Numbered from the stretch's first letter, positions 53,147 through 63,385 are shown. The stretch is 64,000 nt of DNA from Deltaproteobacteria bacterium (GCA_016218805.1 JACRCW010000017.1:53-64052); one strand, 5' to 3'. The notes: generated from the sequence alone by a model not told the origin. Numbers and translations are program-made.

Positions 53147-54454
53147 TCAGGGGGACAATGCCTCAATCACGACGTCACGCCCGGCGCGGGCCATGGATTC
53201 CAGTTCTTCGTGCCGCGCGCGCAGGCGTGCGTCCCGCGTGTCCCCGGCCAGCCGTGCGATGCGGATGCCCTTGTCCAGCACGGTGCGCACGGCAACGCGG
53301 GCGCGGGTGGCGGTGAAGAAGTGGTGGCCAAACCGGCGCAGGCGGCGTTCGTCAACAAGAACGCCAAGACCCGGGGCGGTGGGCAGTTCCAGCGTGCCGC
53401 GGTCATGCGTCCAGCAGGCCTGCAGGATCCCGTCGCGTCCCTCCGGGGTCCACCCGGGCGGGTTGTACGGGTACTCCAAAAGCGTGTCCTGGCGGAACGG
53501 GCTGGCCGCGTGCAGCTGCAGGTTGATGGCAAACCCCACGCCGTTGGTCCACGTGTGCGGCGTGTACCGCGCCCCGGCCTCTTTCACGCGCTGGATGATG
53601 CGCCAGGTGTCCGCAATGCCGCCGGTGAACACGGCGTCGGGCTGGTAGACGTCGTAACAACGCTTCTCCAGCATGACGCGGAACTCGGGCAGGCCCTGGT
53701 TGTTCAGTTCGCCCCCGGCCACGTCAATCTCCGTGGCCTCCCGCAGCGCGGCCAGCGCGTCGTAGTCATCCATGGGCAGCGGTTCCTCCACCCATGCCAG
53801 GCCGGCCTGGTGGGCGGCGTCACAGAACGCGCGGGCGCGCGGCAGGTCCCAGCACGGGGCGTCCGCCACCACGGCCACGCGCCACGCCTGGTTGGCGTCC
53901 ACGCCCAGCACCACCGCATCACCCACGGCGCGGCGCGTGTCCCGCACCTGCGCCACGTCCTCCGCCAGCGTGGCGGCGTGCACGCGCAGCTTCACGGCGG
54001 TGAATCCCTCCGCCAGGCGCGCTTCCACCTCCCGGATGCGCTCCGGGGCCTGCTTCACTTCGCCGGTGGACGCGTACAGGCGCACCTTCCCCGGCTGCCC
54101 GCCCAGCAGTTCATACACGGGCTTGCCGCGCGCCTTGCCCACCACGTCCCAGCACGCGGGCTCCAGCCACCCCACGCGCATGCCCAGATACCCCATCTCG
54201 CGAATGCGCTGGCGGATGGAGGGGATGTCATCCGCGCGCTCGCCCAGCAGGTAGGGGCCCAGCAGGCTGCCCAGGCCTTCCCGCTCCCGTCCCAGCGCGG
54301 CGCCGGCGGTCCATCCCTGGAGACCGGAGGCGGTGGTGACGCGCGCCAGCGTGAAGCGGTTCTCCGTCTGGGGAAAGCCCGGAATCCAGGACGGCCAGAA
54401 GATGTCCGGGAGCGGAATGCTGACGTGCCAGAGGTCAATCCGCGTGATGCGCAT
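53147..54454 (-). CDS. Enolase-superfamily enzyme (mandelate racemase / muconate lactonizing enzyme family)
   Basis: It has the MR/MLE N-terminal capping domain and C-terminal barrel. Metal-ligand contexts include VKLRV, LGVDANQAW and EEPLP. Confidence 0.7.
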   Translation of the reverse strand: MRITRIDLWHVSIPLPDIFWPSWIPGFPQTENRFTLARVTTASGLQGWTAGAALGREREGLGSLLGPYLLGERADDIPSIRQRIREMGYLGMRVGWLEPACWDVVGKARGKPVYELLGGQPGKVRLYASTGEVKQAPERIREVEARLAEGFTAVKLRVHAATLAEDVAQVRDTRRAVGDAVVLGVDANQAWRVAVVADAPCWDLPRARAFCDAAHQAGLAWVEEPLPMDDYDALAALREATEIDVAGGELNNQGLPEFRVMLEKRCYDVYQPDAVFTGGIADTWRIIQRVKEAGARYTPHTWTNGVGFAINLQLHAASPFRQDTLLEYPYNPPGWTPEGRDGILQACWTHDRGTLELPTAPGLGVLVDERRLRRFGHHFFTATRARVAVRTVLDKGIRIARLAGDTRDARLRARHEELESMARAGRDVVIEALSP

Positions 54455-54455
54455 G

Positions 54456-55829
54456 TCAGGCGTCGTCACCGGTGCCCATGCCCCAGCGTTCCAACTTCCG
54501 GTACAGCGTCTTGCGGTCCAGGCCCAGCACGCGTGACGCCATGGTCTTGTTGTTCCCCACGGCCTCCAGCACGCGCAGGATGTACCGCTTCTCAACCTCT
54601 TCCATGGGAACAAGTTCCGAAGGATCCTGCGCCGCCACCAGCACGTGGGAGGCGCGGTAGTCGCGGATCTTCTCGGGCAGGTCATCCACGGTGATGCGGT
54701 CAAACCGGGTGAGCGCCACCGCGCGTTCCATGCAGTTCTGCAGTTCCCGCACGTTGCCGGGCCAGTGGTAGGTCAGCAGCTTCTCCGCCGCGGGGCCCAG
54801 GATTCCCACCACGTTCTTGCTGGCGCGGCCGGCAAACACGTCAATGAAGTGCTGCGCCAGCAGGAGCACGTCGCTGCCGCGGGCGCGCAGCGGCGGCAGC
54901 TCCACCTTGATGACATTGAGCCGGTAATAGAGGTCCTCCCGGAAGCGCTTCTCTTCCAGCAGGCCCTCCAGGTCGCGGTTGGTGGCGGCAATGATGCGCA
55001 CGTCCACGGCCACCTCGGTGTCCGCGCCCACGGGGCGGACCACGCGCTCCTGCAGCACGCGCAGCAGCTTGGGCTGCGTGCCCATGGGCATCTCGCCAAT
55101 CTCGTCAAGAAACAGGGTGCCCTGGTGCGCCTGCAGGAACAGCCCCGCGCGCGCGGTGCGCGCGTCGGTGAAGGCGCCACGCGCATGGCCGAACAACTCA
55201 CTCTCCAGCAGCGTCTCCGGCATGGCCGCGCAGTTGATGGCCACAAACGGGCCGGCCTTCCGGCGCGACCGCGCGTGCAGCGCGCGCGCCACCAGTTCCT
55301 TGCCGGTGCCGCTCTCGCCGGTGACCAGCACGGTGGTCTCCGAGTCCGCAATGCGGTCCAGCAGGTCGTAGACGGTGCGCATGGCGGGGCTGGCGCCCAG
55401 CAGCTCGCCAAACTGGCGCCCCTCACTGACGGCGGCGCGCAGGCGCTTCACCTCCTGGGACAGCGCGCGGTGCTTGACGGCGCGGTCCAGCGTGAGGGCC
55501 AGCTGCGCCACTTCCAGCGGCTTGGTGATGAAGTCATACGCGCCCACGCGGATGGCGCCCACCGCGGTTTCCAGGCTGCCAAACGCGGTGATGACCACCA
55601 CCGGCGTGTCCGGCCGGTTCTGCACAATGCGCTCACACAGCTGCAGGCCGTTGACGCCCTTCATGTTGAGGTCCGTGACCACGGCGTCGTAGTCGTCCGC
55701 CAGCGCCTGTTGCAGCGCCGCTTCCCCGGACGTGCGCCAGTCCACCTGGAAGCCGCGGCGGCTGAGCCCGGCCTCCAGCATCTGGCACATGCTCTCGTCG
55801 TCGTCGACCACCAGGATACGTGCGGCCAT
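54456..55829 (-). CDS. Sigma-54-dependent response regulator (NtrC family enhancer-binding protein)
   Basis: A receiver domain (ILVVDDD) is followed by an AAA+ sigma-54 interaction domain (GESGTGKELVARALH, GAFTDA, ESELFGH) and a C-terminal Fis-type HTH. Confidence 0.9.
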   Translation of the reverse strand: MAARILVVDDDESMCQMLEAGLSRRGFQVDWRTSGEAALQQALADDYDAVVTDLNMKGVNGLQLCERIVQNRPDTPVVVITAFGSLETAVGAIRVGAYDFITKPLEVAQLALTLDRAVKHRALSQEVKRLRAAVSEGRQFGELLGASPAMRTVYDLLDRIADSETTVLVTGESGTGKELVARALHARSRRKAGPFVAINCAAMPETLLESELFGHARGAFTDARTARAGLFLQAHQGTLFLDEIGEMPMGTQPKLLRVLQERVVRPVGADTEVAVDVRIIAATNRDLEGLLEEKRFREDLYYRLNVIKVELPPLRARGSDVLLLAQHFIDVFAGRASKNVVGILGPAAEKLLTYHWPGNVRELQNCMERAVALTRFDRITVDDLPEKIRDYRASHVLVAAQDPSELVPMEEVEKRYILRVLEAVGNNKTMASRVLGLDRKTLYRKLERWGMGTGDDA

Positions 55830-55898
55830 GGCGCCTTCCGCGGAACGTGTTGCGCCCGCGCTCCTAACAACGGCCCGCGGTGCACTCAAGGCGCGGTG

Positions 55899-57362
55899 TC
55901 AGGACCGCGGCAGGAACACGCTGAAGGTGCTGCCCTGCCCCGGCTGGCTGTGCACCGTGATCCACCCGCCGTGCTCGCGGACAATGCCATACGCAACGGA
56001 CAGGCCCAGCCCCGTGCCCTCACCCACGTCCTTGGTCGTGTAGAACGGCTCAAAAATCCGGCCCAGGTCCTCCGGCCGGATGCCGTGCCCGGAATCCGTG
56101 ACGTCAATGCGGAGGTACGCTCCGGGCTGCGCGTCCTCGCCCGGCGGCGGCGTGGCCTGCACCGGGTGCACGGTCACCACCAGGGTCCCGCCGCTTTCCG
56201 GCGTGGCCTGGATGGCGTTCACCGCCAGGTTGGTGAGCACCTGCTGGATCTGGTTGGCGTCCACCTCCACCGGCGGCAGGTCCTCCGGGCCCTCCACGGC
56301 GGTGGCCACCTGCCGCTTCTGCGCCATGGGTCTGAGGAGTTGGAGTGTCTGCCGCGCCAGGGTGAGCACGGACACCGGCGCCTTCTGCGGCCCGCGCCGC
56401 CGCGCAAAGTCCAACAGCTGGCGGATGATCTTGGTGATGCGCTCAGACTGCTCCACAATGATGCGCGCGTTGACCTGCGCCTCCTCCGGCGTGCACCCCG
56501 GGTCCTGGATCATCCGCGCGCGGCCCGCCACCACGTTGAGCGGCGTCCCCAGTTCATGCGCAATGCCGCTGGCCAGCTTGCCCACCGTCATCAGGCGGTC
56601 CGCGTGGCGCAGCGCCTCCAGCGCCTGGATGCGCGCCTGCGTCTCGCGCTCAATGCTGTCCTGCGCCTCAGACAGGCGGTCGCTCATGGCGTTCATCTCG
56701 TGCGCCAGCTCGCCAATCTCGTCGTCCTGGGTCAGCTCCAGGCGGCCGGTCAGCTCCCCCTCGCCAATGCGCCGCGCGCGCTCCGCCAGCCGCCGCATGG
56801 GCCGCCCCACGAAGTACACGCCCACCAGCAGCGCGACCAGCCCGCTCACCAGCGCCATGGCTCCCGTCGTGATGCCCAGGCGGATCACCGTCTCGCGCAG
56901 GAACTCGCGGGGGGGCGCCAGGGATTCTGACAGCTCCAGCGCGCCGGGCGGCAGCGGGTCCAGCATGATCGGGATGTAGACGTACGCGCGGCTCTCGCCC
57001 TTGGCGTCGGGATCGCTCAGCCAGGACACTTCCTCGCCGCGCGCCACGCGCCGCAGGTAGCGCGGGCGCAGCAGCGGGTGGTGCGGGTCACCCTCCGGGG
57101 CGGAAAGGGACACCCAGCGGATCCGCACGCGCCGGTGCATCTCCTCGTCGTATTCCAGCACCTGCATGGCCAGGACCTGGCCCTCGCGCTGCCACAGGCG
57201 CACCAGCGCCGGCTTCAGTGCCCGGCCAATGATGCGCAGGTCGTCAATCACGTCCTCTTCCAGCGCGGTCTCCTCGCGCGCCACCTCAAAGAACGCGTGC
57301 ACGCCCAGCACACCCCAGATGCCCAGCAGCAGCGTGAGTGTCAGCTTCCGCGCCAGCTTCAT
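55899..57362 (-). CDS. Sensor histidine kinase (HAMP, HisKA and HATPase domains)
   Basis: The protein has N-terminal transmembrane segments. Motifs are the H-box HELGTPLNVV, the N-box LTNLAVNAIQAT and the G-boxes DSGHGI / GTGLGLS. Confidence 0.85.
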   Translation of the reverse strand: MKLARKLTLTLLLGIWGVLGVHAFFEVAREETALEEDVIDDLRIIGRALKPALVRLWQREGQVLAMQVLEYDEEMHRRVRIRWVSLSAPEGDPHHPLLRPRYLRRVARGEEVSWLSDPDAKGESRAYVYIPIMLDPLPPGALELSESLAPPREFLRETVIRLGITTGAMALVSGLVALLVGVYFVGRPMRRLAERARRIGEGELTGRLELTQDDEIGELAHEMNAMSDRLSEAQDSIERETQARIQALEALRHADRLMTVGKLASGIAHELGTPLNVVAGRARMIQDPGCTPEEAQVNARIIVEQSERITKIIRQLLDFARRRGPQKAPVSVLTLARQTLQLLRPMAQKRQVATAVEGPEDLPPVEVDANQIQQVLTNLAVNAIQATPESGGTLVVTVHPVQATPPPGEDAQPGAYLRIDVTDSGHGIRPEDLGRIFEPFYTTKDVGEGTGLGLSVAYGIVREHGGWITVHSQPGQGSTFSVFLPRS

Positions 57363-57474
57363 TCCACCACCTCGGGCCGCCCGTGCTGAGCCAGGACCGT
57401 GCCACTCCCGGCCCGCCGGCACCATCCTCCGCAACGCTCGCCTCAGACCACCCCGCGGCGGTAGGTCTTGAGCC

Positions 57475-57933
57475 ATGGACGGTGCGCTGCGCGTCACAGA
57501 GCAAGCCCGCGCGGACCTGCTGCGCCACGCCGCGGCCGCCTACCCGCGTGAAGCCTGCGGCCTGCTGGCCGGTCCGCCCGCCCCCGCGCCCGCGGATTGC
57601 TACCTGCCGCTCCCCAACCGCCACGCCGGCGCCCATGCGTTCTCCGTCGACGATGCGGCCCACGTGCGCGCGCTGCTGGCACTGCGGCGCGCGCACCGCC
57701 AGGCGCGCGCGTTCTGCCACTCGCACCCGGATGCGCCGGCGGTTCCCTCGGCCCGTGACCTGGCCGGCGCGCTGCTTGGCGGGGAACCGGCGTTTCCCGG
57801 CGTGGACCACGTCATCGTCACGGTGAACCGCGGCCAGAGCACGGACGCGCGCGCGTGGCGGCTGCGGGATGGCGCGTTCCACGCCGTCGCGTTGTCCGCC
57901 GCCGGGGAGGTCCCATGCTCGCCGCGCTGCTGA
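57475..57933 (+). CDS. JAMM/MPN+ metalloprotease-family protein
   Basis: The Glu residue (EACGLLAG) and the full H-x-H-x7-S-x2-D motif (HSHPDAPAVPSARD) are present. Confidence 0.75.
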   Translation: MDGALRVTEQARADLLRHAAAAYPREACGLLAGPPAPAPADCYLPLPNRHAGAHAFSVDDAAHVRALLALRRAHRQARAFCHSHPDAPAVPSARDLAGALLGGEPAFPGVDHVIVTVNRGQSTDARAWRLRDGAFHAVALSAAGEVPCSPRC

Positions 57934-58655
57934 TGGTCATGGCGGTGGCGCCGGCGCAGCTGTGTGAGGCTTCCGCGCTGCCGGACCCCGCCGCGCTGCT
58001 GGACGCTCCCACCGCGGACATTTCTGACCAGGACGCGGACGTGGCGCGGCGGCGGGCGCTGCTGGCCGCGGCGTTTGGCCTGGCCCCGTGGGGTGGCGCC
58101 GTGGTGGTGGGCGGTGCCGCCACGGCCGCGCTGTGCGGGCTGGGTTTCGGCGGGTGCCTGACCGCGTGGTCACGGTCGTTCCAGGGCCAGGCTGGTGCCG
58201 GGCTGTCCAACGTGGAGTGGGCCGCGTTGGTGGCGGGCCTGGCCGGTTTGGTCACCGCCACCATGACGCTGATCCTGCTCCCGCTGGCCGGGCCCGTCGC
58301 CATCAGCGCCGCGCACGGGAGACGCGCCGGGTCGGTCATCGGGTTGCTGTGGTGGGTGGCCACCGTTGCGCCCGCGCTGCTGTCCATCCCGCTGGGCCTG
58401 CTGGCGGGCGTGGCGGCCACCGGCGTGCTGGGGTTGGGCGGCTGCCTGATGATGACGGACGCCAACACCCGCGGCGCCCGGCGCGAATCCGTCTGGTCCT
58501 TGTGGTCCGTCGGCGCCGGCCTGGGGGCCAGTCTGTGGGCGGTGGCGTTGGCGCAGTTTGCGCTGCCCGCGGTGCTGCACGCCGGGCTGGCCTGGTACCT
58601 GGCTCCCCGGGAGACCCACCTGGCCGGATCGTTTCCCGCCGCGGCCCCGGAGTGA
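57915..58655 (+). CDS. Hypothetical polytopic membrane protein (Gly/Ala-rich transmembrane segments). Its start overlaps the JAMM gene.
   Basis: The start MLAALLMVMAV overlaps the JAMM gene by 19 nt. Several hydrophobic helices are predicted. Confidence 0.45.
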   Translation: MLAALLMVMAVAPAQLCEASALPDPAALLDAPTADISDQDADVARRRALLAAAFGLAPWGGAVVVGGAATAALCGLGFGGCLTAWSRSFQGQAGAGLSNVEWAALVAGLAGLVTATMTLILLPLAGPVAISAAHGRRAGSVIGLLWWVATVAPALLSIPLGLLAGVAATGVLGLGGCLMMTDANTRGARRESVWSLWSVGAGLGASLWAVALAQFALPAVLHAGLAWYLAPRETHLAGSFPAAAPE

Positions 58656-58730
58656 CCCGTGGTGGACGCCGCGCATGGACGCACGCCGGGCGTTCACCTA
58701 CCGTCGTGGGAGGACGCAGAGGAAACCCGC

Positions 58731-59567
58731 ATGGCCCACGCAACGCCCCACATTCACGACGCCACCGCGCTGGCGCACCGCCTGGAGGACGCGTGCCGCG
58801 CACTGGAAAGCGCGGTGGTGGCCTACTCGGGTGGGGTGGACAGCGCGGTGGTGCTGGCGGCGGCGCACCGCGTGCTGGGGCAGCGCATGGTGGGCCTGAT
58901 GGCGCTGAGCCCCAGCTTCCCGTCCTGGGAGTTGGCGGACGCGCAGGCGCAGGCCGGCGCGGTGGGCGCCGAACTGGTGGTGGCGCGCACGGATGAGCTG
59001 TCCAACCCGCGCTACGCGGCCAACACCGGGGACCGCTGCTACTTCTGCAAGTCCGCATTGTTTGACGCGTGCGAACGCGCGCGTACGGAGCGCGGCTTCC
59101 GCGCCATTGCGTACGGCGCCAACCTGGATGACCTGGGTGACGACCGCCCCGGGCACCTGGCCGCGCGGGAACGGGGCATTGCCTCCCCGCTCATTGACGC
59201 GGGATTGAACAAGGCCGCGGTCCGCCGCGTGGCGGCGCACTACGGCCTGTCCAGCGCGGACAAGCCGGCGCTGGCCTGCCTGTCCAGCCGGTTTCCCACG
59301 GGGACCCCCATTGACGCGGAGCGCCTGGCCCGGGTGGGACAGGCCGAACGCGTGCTGGTGGACCTGGGCTTCCGCCGCGTGCGCGTCCGTTTCCACGACG
59401 AGCTGGCCCGCATTGAGGTGGACCCTGAAGACCTGCCGCGCCTGCTGCAGCCCGCCACCCGGGCGCTCGCCGTGGCGGGCGTGCGCGCCGCCGGCTTCCG
59501 GCACGTCACCGTGGACCTGGAAGGCTACCGGATGGGCGGCGCCAACCGCCTGACCGTGCTGTCCTGA
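58731..59567 (+). CDS. PP-loop ATP pyrophosphatase, LarE / TIGR00268-like
   Basis: The PP-loop SGGVDS is present, as is the Cys cluster GDRCYFCKSALFDAC, typical of LarE-like and TtuA-like sulfur-transferases. Confidence 0.7.
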   Translation: MAHATPHIHDATALAHRLEDACRALESAVVAYSGGVDSAVVLAAAHRVLGQRMVGLMALSPSFPSWELADAQAQAGAVGAELVVARTDELSNPRYAANTGDRCYFCKSALFDACERARTERGFRAIAYGANLDDLGDDRPGHLAARERGIASPLIDAGLNKAAVRRVAAHYGLSSADKPALACLSSRFPTGTPIDAERLARVGQAERVLVDLGFRRVRVRFHDELARIEVDPEDLPRLLQPATRALAVAGVRAAGFRHVTVDLEGYRMGGANRLTVLS

Positions 59568-59672
59568 CGCGCAGGGCCAAACCCGTTCTCCGTACGCGCG
59601 TGCGGGCGTGCGCGTCCGGCTTGCAGTAAGGTCGGCACGGTGCGGCCCCCTGGCGGGCCATGGAGCGTTTCC

Positions 59673-62489
59673 ATGTTTGGTTCCTCCCGGCGTGACAGGT
59701 GGCTCTGGCTTGGTGTGGCGCTGCTTGGCGTGGTGCGCTGTTCCGGCGGCACGGGGTGTTCCTGCCTGGCCCCGCTGGAGGGGCCGTTCCCGGAGGACCG
59801 CAAGAGCCGCCAGGTGATCCAGGCGCGCGTGACGCCGGAGGGGTTCAGCTTCATCGGCCAGAAGGTGCCCACCATCGTCGGCGCCATGGTCAGCACGGAC
59901 TGCACGGGCCTCTCCGGCGTCAACTGCCCGGCGGCGTATTCGTGCTCCTGCCCAACGGGACAGACCTGCCAGAGCTGCGCCGCGTCCAACCCGTTCTGCA
60001 CGCTGGCCAATCCCAAGGTGTGCCTGCCCACCAACGGCCAGATGCCCGCGGCACCCACCATTGGCCTGCGCATCCCCAAGCTGGGGACGGAGGAACCGGA
60101 CCCCGGCGCGGACGAGGTGGACGAGTATGACGTGTGCAATTCGGACACGTTCCTGTCCTGGGACAACTGCCAGCTGTACGCCAAGATCAAGAGCGCCACC
60201 ATCCGGCCCAAGGCGGGCTCCACGACGGAACTGGAGCTCACCGCGACCATTGACCTGCAGACGCCGGACCGCCCCAACGGCATCCGCATCCGCTACGAGA
60301 AGAACCCCACGTGGCTGTGGCCGCAGATCCGCTGCACGCTGTACACGCGCCTGAGCGGGAACACGTCGCTGCCGCTGACCAAGACGGTGACCGGCACGCT
60401 CGCCGTCGGGCGGGACGCGCGCACAGACCGCATGACGCTGGGGGTGGCCTCGCTGGATATCCCCATCCAGGGCAGTGACCTCGCCGTGGAGCGGGAATCC
60501 GGGGATGAGATTGAGTGCGCGGTGCTGGACTTTGACTTCGTCAAGGACCTGTTGGTGGGCCAGCTGAAGGGGCAGATCGTGGACGCCGCGCGTAACGCCA
60601 TCGACGGCGTGTTGGAGCCGCTCACCACGCAGGCGTGTGACCCGGACCTCACCACCTACCAATGCCCGCGCCTGGCCAACGGCGAACAGACCGTGTGCGT
60701 GCGGTCGGACAAGAAGTGCCACTTCGCCTCGGGCGCGCAGGAGCCCATCCCCGGGCTGCTGGGGATGGAAGGGTCCCTGGACCTCTCCGGCGCCATGCCG
60801 GACCTGCTCACGCTGCCGGGCTCCGTGCAGTTCACCACGTACGCCGGTGGCACCCGCGCCAGCGGCACCACCAGCGTGTACACCGCGGCCGGTGGGCTCA
60901 ACGTGGGCCTGGTGGGCGGGGCCATGGCGCCACAGAACCCGTGCGTGGCACCGCGCAACCGCAGCACCTCCACCATTGCGGACTTCACCTGGCAGTCCAC
61001 CGTTGCCCCGGCGTCTGGCGGCCCGGCGCTGCCGTATCACGCGGGGTTTGTCATTCATGAGCGGCTGATGGAGGAGTTGCTGGGTGAAGCGTACGGCGGC
61101 GGCCTGCTGTGCCAGGAGCTGTCCAGCCGCAAGATCGGCCTCATCAACAGCGGGCTCATTGGCCTGCTGCTGGGAGAAGGCACCACCGTGGGCGAGCTCA
61201 CCATGGAAAGCCGCGCGCGCCCGGTCATCATGGAGCTGCACCCGCGCGGCATCCCGGAAGCGCAGTACGGCCTGGGCACCACGGCGTTGGACCCCAATGA
61301 CCCCACGCGCACCATCCTGGATGAACCGCTGCTCACGCTGTTTGTGCCGGACCTGGACATCGACATGTACACCCTCGTCGACGACCGCTACATCCGGCTC
61401 ATCACCCTGCAGTTGGACCTGCGCATTGGCCTGGGCTTGGAGATCAACCAGCAGAACCAGGTGCACCTGATTGCGGACCCGGTGGACCGCTGGATGACCA
61501 ACGTGCGCGTGCGCAACGCGGACATCCTCAACCAGACGCCGGAGGCCATTGCGCAGGCGGTGCCGGAGCTGCTGGGCGCGTTTCTGCCGCAATTCGCTCC
61601 CAGCCTGGACCAGGTGTTTGACCTGCCGGCCATGAGCGGGTTTGTGCTGGATCAGGTGCGCTTTGTGGGCCAGAAGGCCACGGGCACCAACACCGCGTAT
61701 GACAAGCCGCGCTATGAATTCCTGGGAATCTTCTCCAACCTCGGTTTTGATCCCACGCAGGCCAGCGCGGAGCGCATTGTGGTGGAGACGCGCGCGGAAC
61801 TGGCGGAACTGGTGCTGCCCGCCCCGGAGCGCATGCACGCATCCCTGGGCGCGGCGCGCGAGCACGTGGCCGCGGTGCTGTCCGTGGACGAGAAGGGCCC
61901 GGGCGGCAAGCTGTTGGAGCACAGCTACCGCGTGGACGGTGGCTTTTGGCGTCCTTACCGGCCCGGTGCGGTGCTGCGCGTGGCCGATCCGGAGCTGAAC
62001 CTGCAGGGGTGGCACGTGGTGGAAGTGCGCTCGCGCCTGGCCGGGATTCCGGAGTCCCTGGACCCCACGCCGGTGGAAGTGCCCGTGCTGTCGGACGTGG
62101 AACCGCCGCTGCTGGAGGCCAGCCGAACGGGCCGCACGCTGGAGATCACCGTTGTGGACCGCGTGAGCGAATCTGAACGCATGACGGTGGAAGTGACGGT
62201 CCCCGGCGGCGGGTCCCTGAGCATCCCCGGCGCCGAGACGCGGACGCTGGACCTGGGGCCGGAGGTCCCGGAGGACGCGCGGCTGGTGGTCACGGCGCGG
62301 GACCAGGCGGGGCACACCGCGCGCGTGGAGCTGGGCCGCGTTGTGCCGGAGCTGGGACCCATCCTCCGCCCCGTGGAGGACGCCGCTCCCGTGACGGATG
62401 CCCAGGGTTGCAGCGGCGCGGCCGCACCGGTGGAAGCCGCGCTGGCGCTCCTGGTCCTGCTGCTGCGCCGCCGTCACTCCGCGCGCTGA
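59673..62489 (+). CDS. Large secreted lipoprotein (938 aa) with a Cys-rich N-terminal region and a MYXO-CTERM-type sorting tail
   Basis: There is a signal peptide with lipobox (VVRCSGG). The C-terminus is DAQGCSGAAAPVEAALALLVLLLRRRHSAR. The opposite-strand 1303-aa ORF was judged spurious. Confidence 0.75.
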   Translation: MFGSSRRDRWLWLGVALLGVVRCSGGTGCSCLAPLEGPFPEDRKSRQVIQARVTPEGFSFIGQKVPTIVGAMVSTDCTGLSGVNCPAAYSCSCPTGQTCQSCAASNPFCTLANPKVCLPTNGQMPAAPTIGLRIPKLGTEEPDPGADEVDEYDVCNSDTFLSWDNCQLYAKIKSATIRPKAGSTTELELTATIDLQTPDRPNGIRIRYEKNPTWLWPQIRCTLYTRLSGNTSLPLTKTVTGTLAVGRDARTDRMTLGVASLDIPIQGSDLAVERESGDEIECAVLDFDFVKDLLVGQLKGQIVDAARNAIDGVLEPLTTQACDPDLTTYQCPRLANGEQTVCVRSDKKCHFASGAQEPIPGLLGMEGSLDLSGAMPDLLTLPGSVQFTTYAGGTRASGTTSVYTAAGGLNVGLVGGAMAPQNPCVAPRNRSTSTIADFTWQSTVAPASGGPALPYHAGFVIHERLMEELLGEAYGGGLLCQELSSRKIGLINSGLIGLLLGEGTTVGELTMESRARPVIMELHPRGIPEAQYGLGTTALDPNDPTRTILDEPLLTLFVPDLDIDMYTLVDDRYIRLITLQLDLRIGLGLEINQQNQVHLIADPVDRWMTNVRVRNADILNQTPEAIAQAVPELLGAFLPQFAPSLDQVFDLPAMSGFVLDQVRFVGQKATGTNTAYDKPRYEFLGIFSNLGFDPTQASAERIVVETRAELAELVLPAPERMHASLGAAREHVAAVLSVDEKGPGGKLLEHSYRVDGGFWRPYRPGAVLRVADPELNLQGWHVVEVRSRLAGIPESLDPTPVEVPVLSDVEPPLLEASRTGRTLEITVVDRVSESERMTVEVTVPGGGSLSIPGAETRTLDLGPEVPEDARLVVTARDQAGHTARVELGRVVPELGPILRPVEDAAPVTDAQGCSGAAAPVEAALALLVLLLRRRHSAR

Positions 62490-62621
62490 AACGCGCGCGT
62501 CCCCGCCCAAGCACCGGCTGCCGCAGTGCGTCAGCCCCATTGACAGCGCGGCTCCTCCGTGGGAGCCAGCGCGCGCTTTTTGACGAGGCGGACGGCCTCT
62601 CCCACGCACCTGGAGGAACCC

Positions 62622-63368
62622 GTGAAAATCCTGGTCACCGTCAAGCGGGTGATGGACTACAACGTCAAACCCAAAGTCAAACCGGATGGCAGTGGCGTCG
62701 TCACGGACGGCGTCAACATGATCGTGAACCCGTTCGACGAGATCGCGGTTGAGGAGTCCCTGAAGCTCAAGGAGAAGAACGGCGGCGAGGTGGTGGTGCT
62801 CTCCATTGGCACCAAGGACACCACCACGCAGATCCGCGCGGCGCTGGCCATGGGCGCGGACCGCGGCATCCTGGTGCTGGCGGACGGCAGCGTGGACCCG
62901 GACGCGGCGGCACGGCTCATCAAGGCCGTGTATGAGCAGGAGAAGCCGGACCTGGTGGTGCTGGGCAAGCAGGCCATTGATGACGACAGCAGCCAGGCCG
63001 GCCAGCTGTTGGCCGAGTACCTGGGCCTCCCGCAGGCGACGTTTGCCTCCAAGGTGGACGTGGCGGGCAAGACCGTCACCGTCACGCGCGAGGTGGACGG
63101 CGGCCTGGAGACCATCTCCTTTGACATGCCCGGCGTGGTGACGGCGGACCTGCGGCTCAACACGCCGCGGTACGCGTCACTCCCCGGCATCATGAAGGCC
63201 AAGAAGAAGGAGGTGAAGGAATTCACGCCGGCGGCGCTGGGCGTGGACATTGCCCCCAAGGTGAAGGTCCTCAAGCTTGAGGAGCCCAAGGCGCGCCAGG
63301 CCGGCCAGAAGGTGCCGGACGTGGCCACGCTCGTCGGGAAGCTGCGCAACGAGGCCAAGGCCCTCTGA
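62622..63368 (+). CDS. etfB: Electron transfer flavoprotein beta subunit
   Basis: The GTG start gives VKILVTVKRVMDYNVK, and the protein matches EtfB along its whole length. Confidence 0.85.
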   Translation: MKILVTVKRVMDYNVKPKVKPDGSGVVTDGVNMIVNPFDEIAVEESLKLKEKNGGEVVVLSIGTKDTTTQIRAALAMGADRGILVLADGSVDPDAAARLIKAVYEQEKPDLVVLGKQAIDDDSSQAGQLLAEYLGLPQATFASKVDVAGKTVTVTREVDGGLETISFDMPGVVTADLRLNTPRYASLPGIMKAKKKEVKEFTPAALGVDIAPKVKVLKLEEPKARQAGQKVPDVATLVGKLRNEAKAL

Positions 63369-63385
63369 GAGGCTGGGAGAACAAC

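Noticed and set aside
58698-62609. 1303-aa ORF on the minus strand
   Set aside because: It is antisense to the MYXO-CTERM lipoprotein gene (59673-62489). That gene has a signal peptide, a sorting tail and better codon usage. The minus-strand ORF is a GC-rich open-frame artefact.
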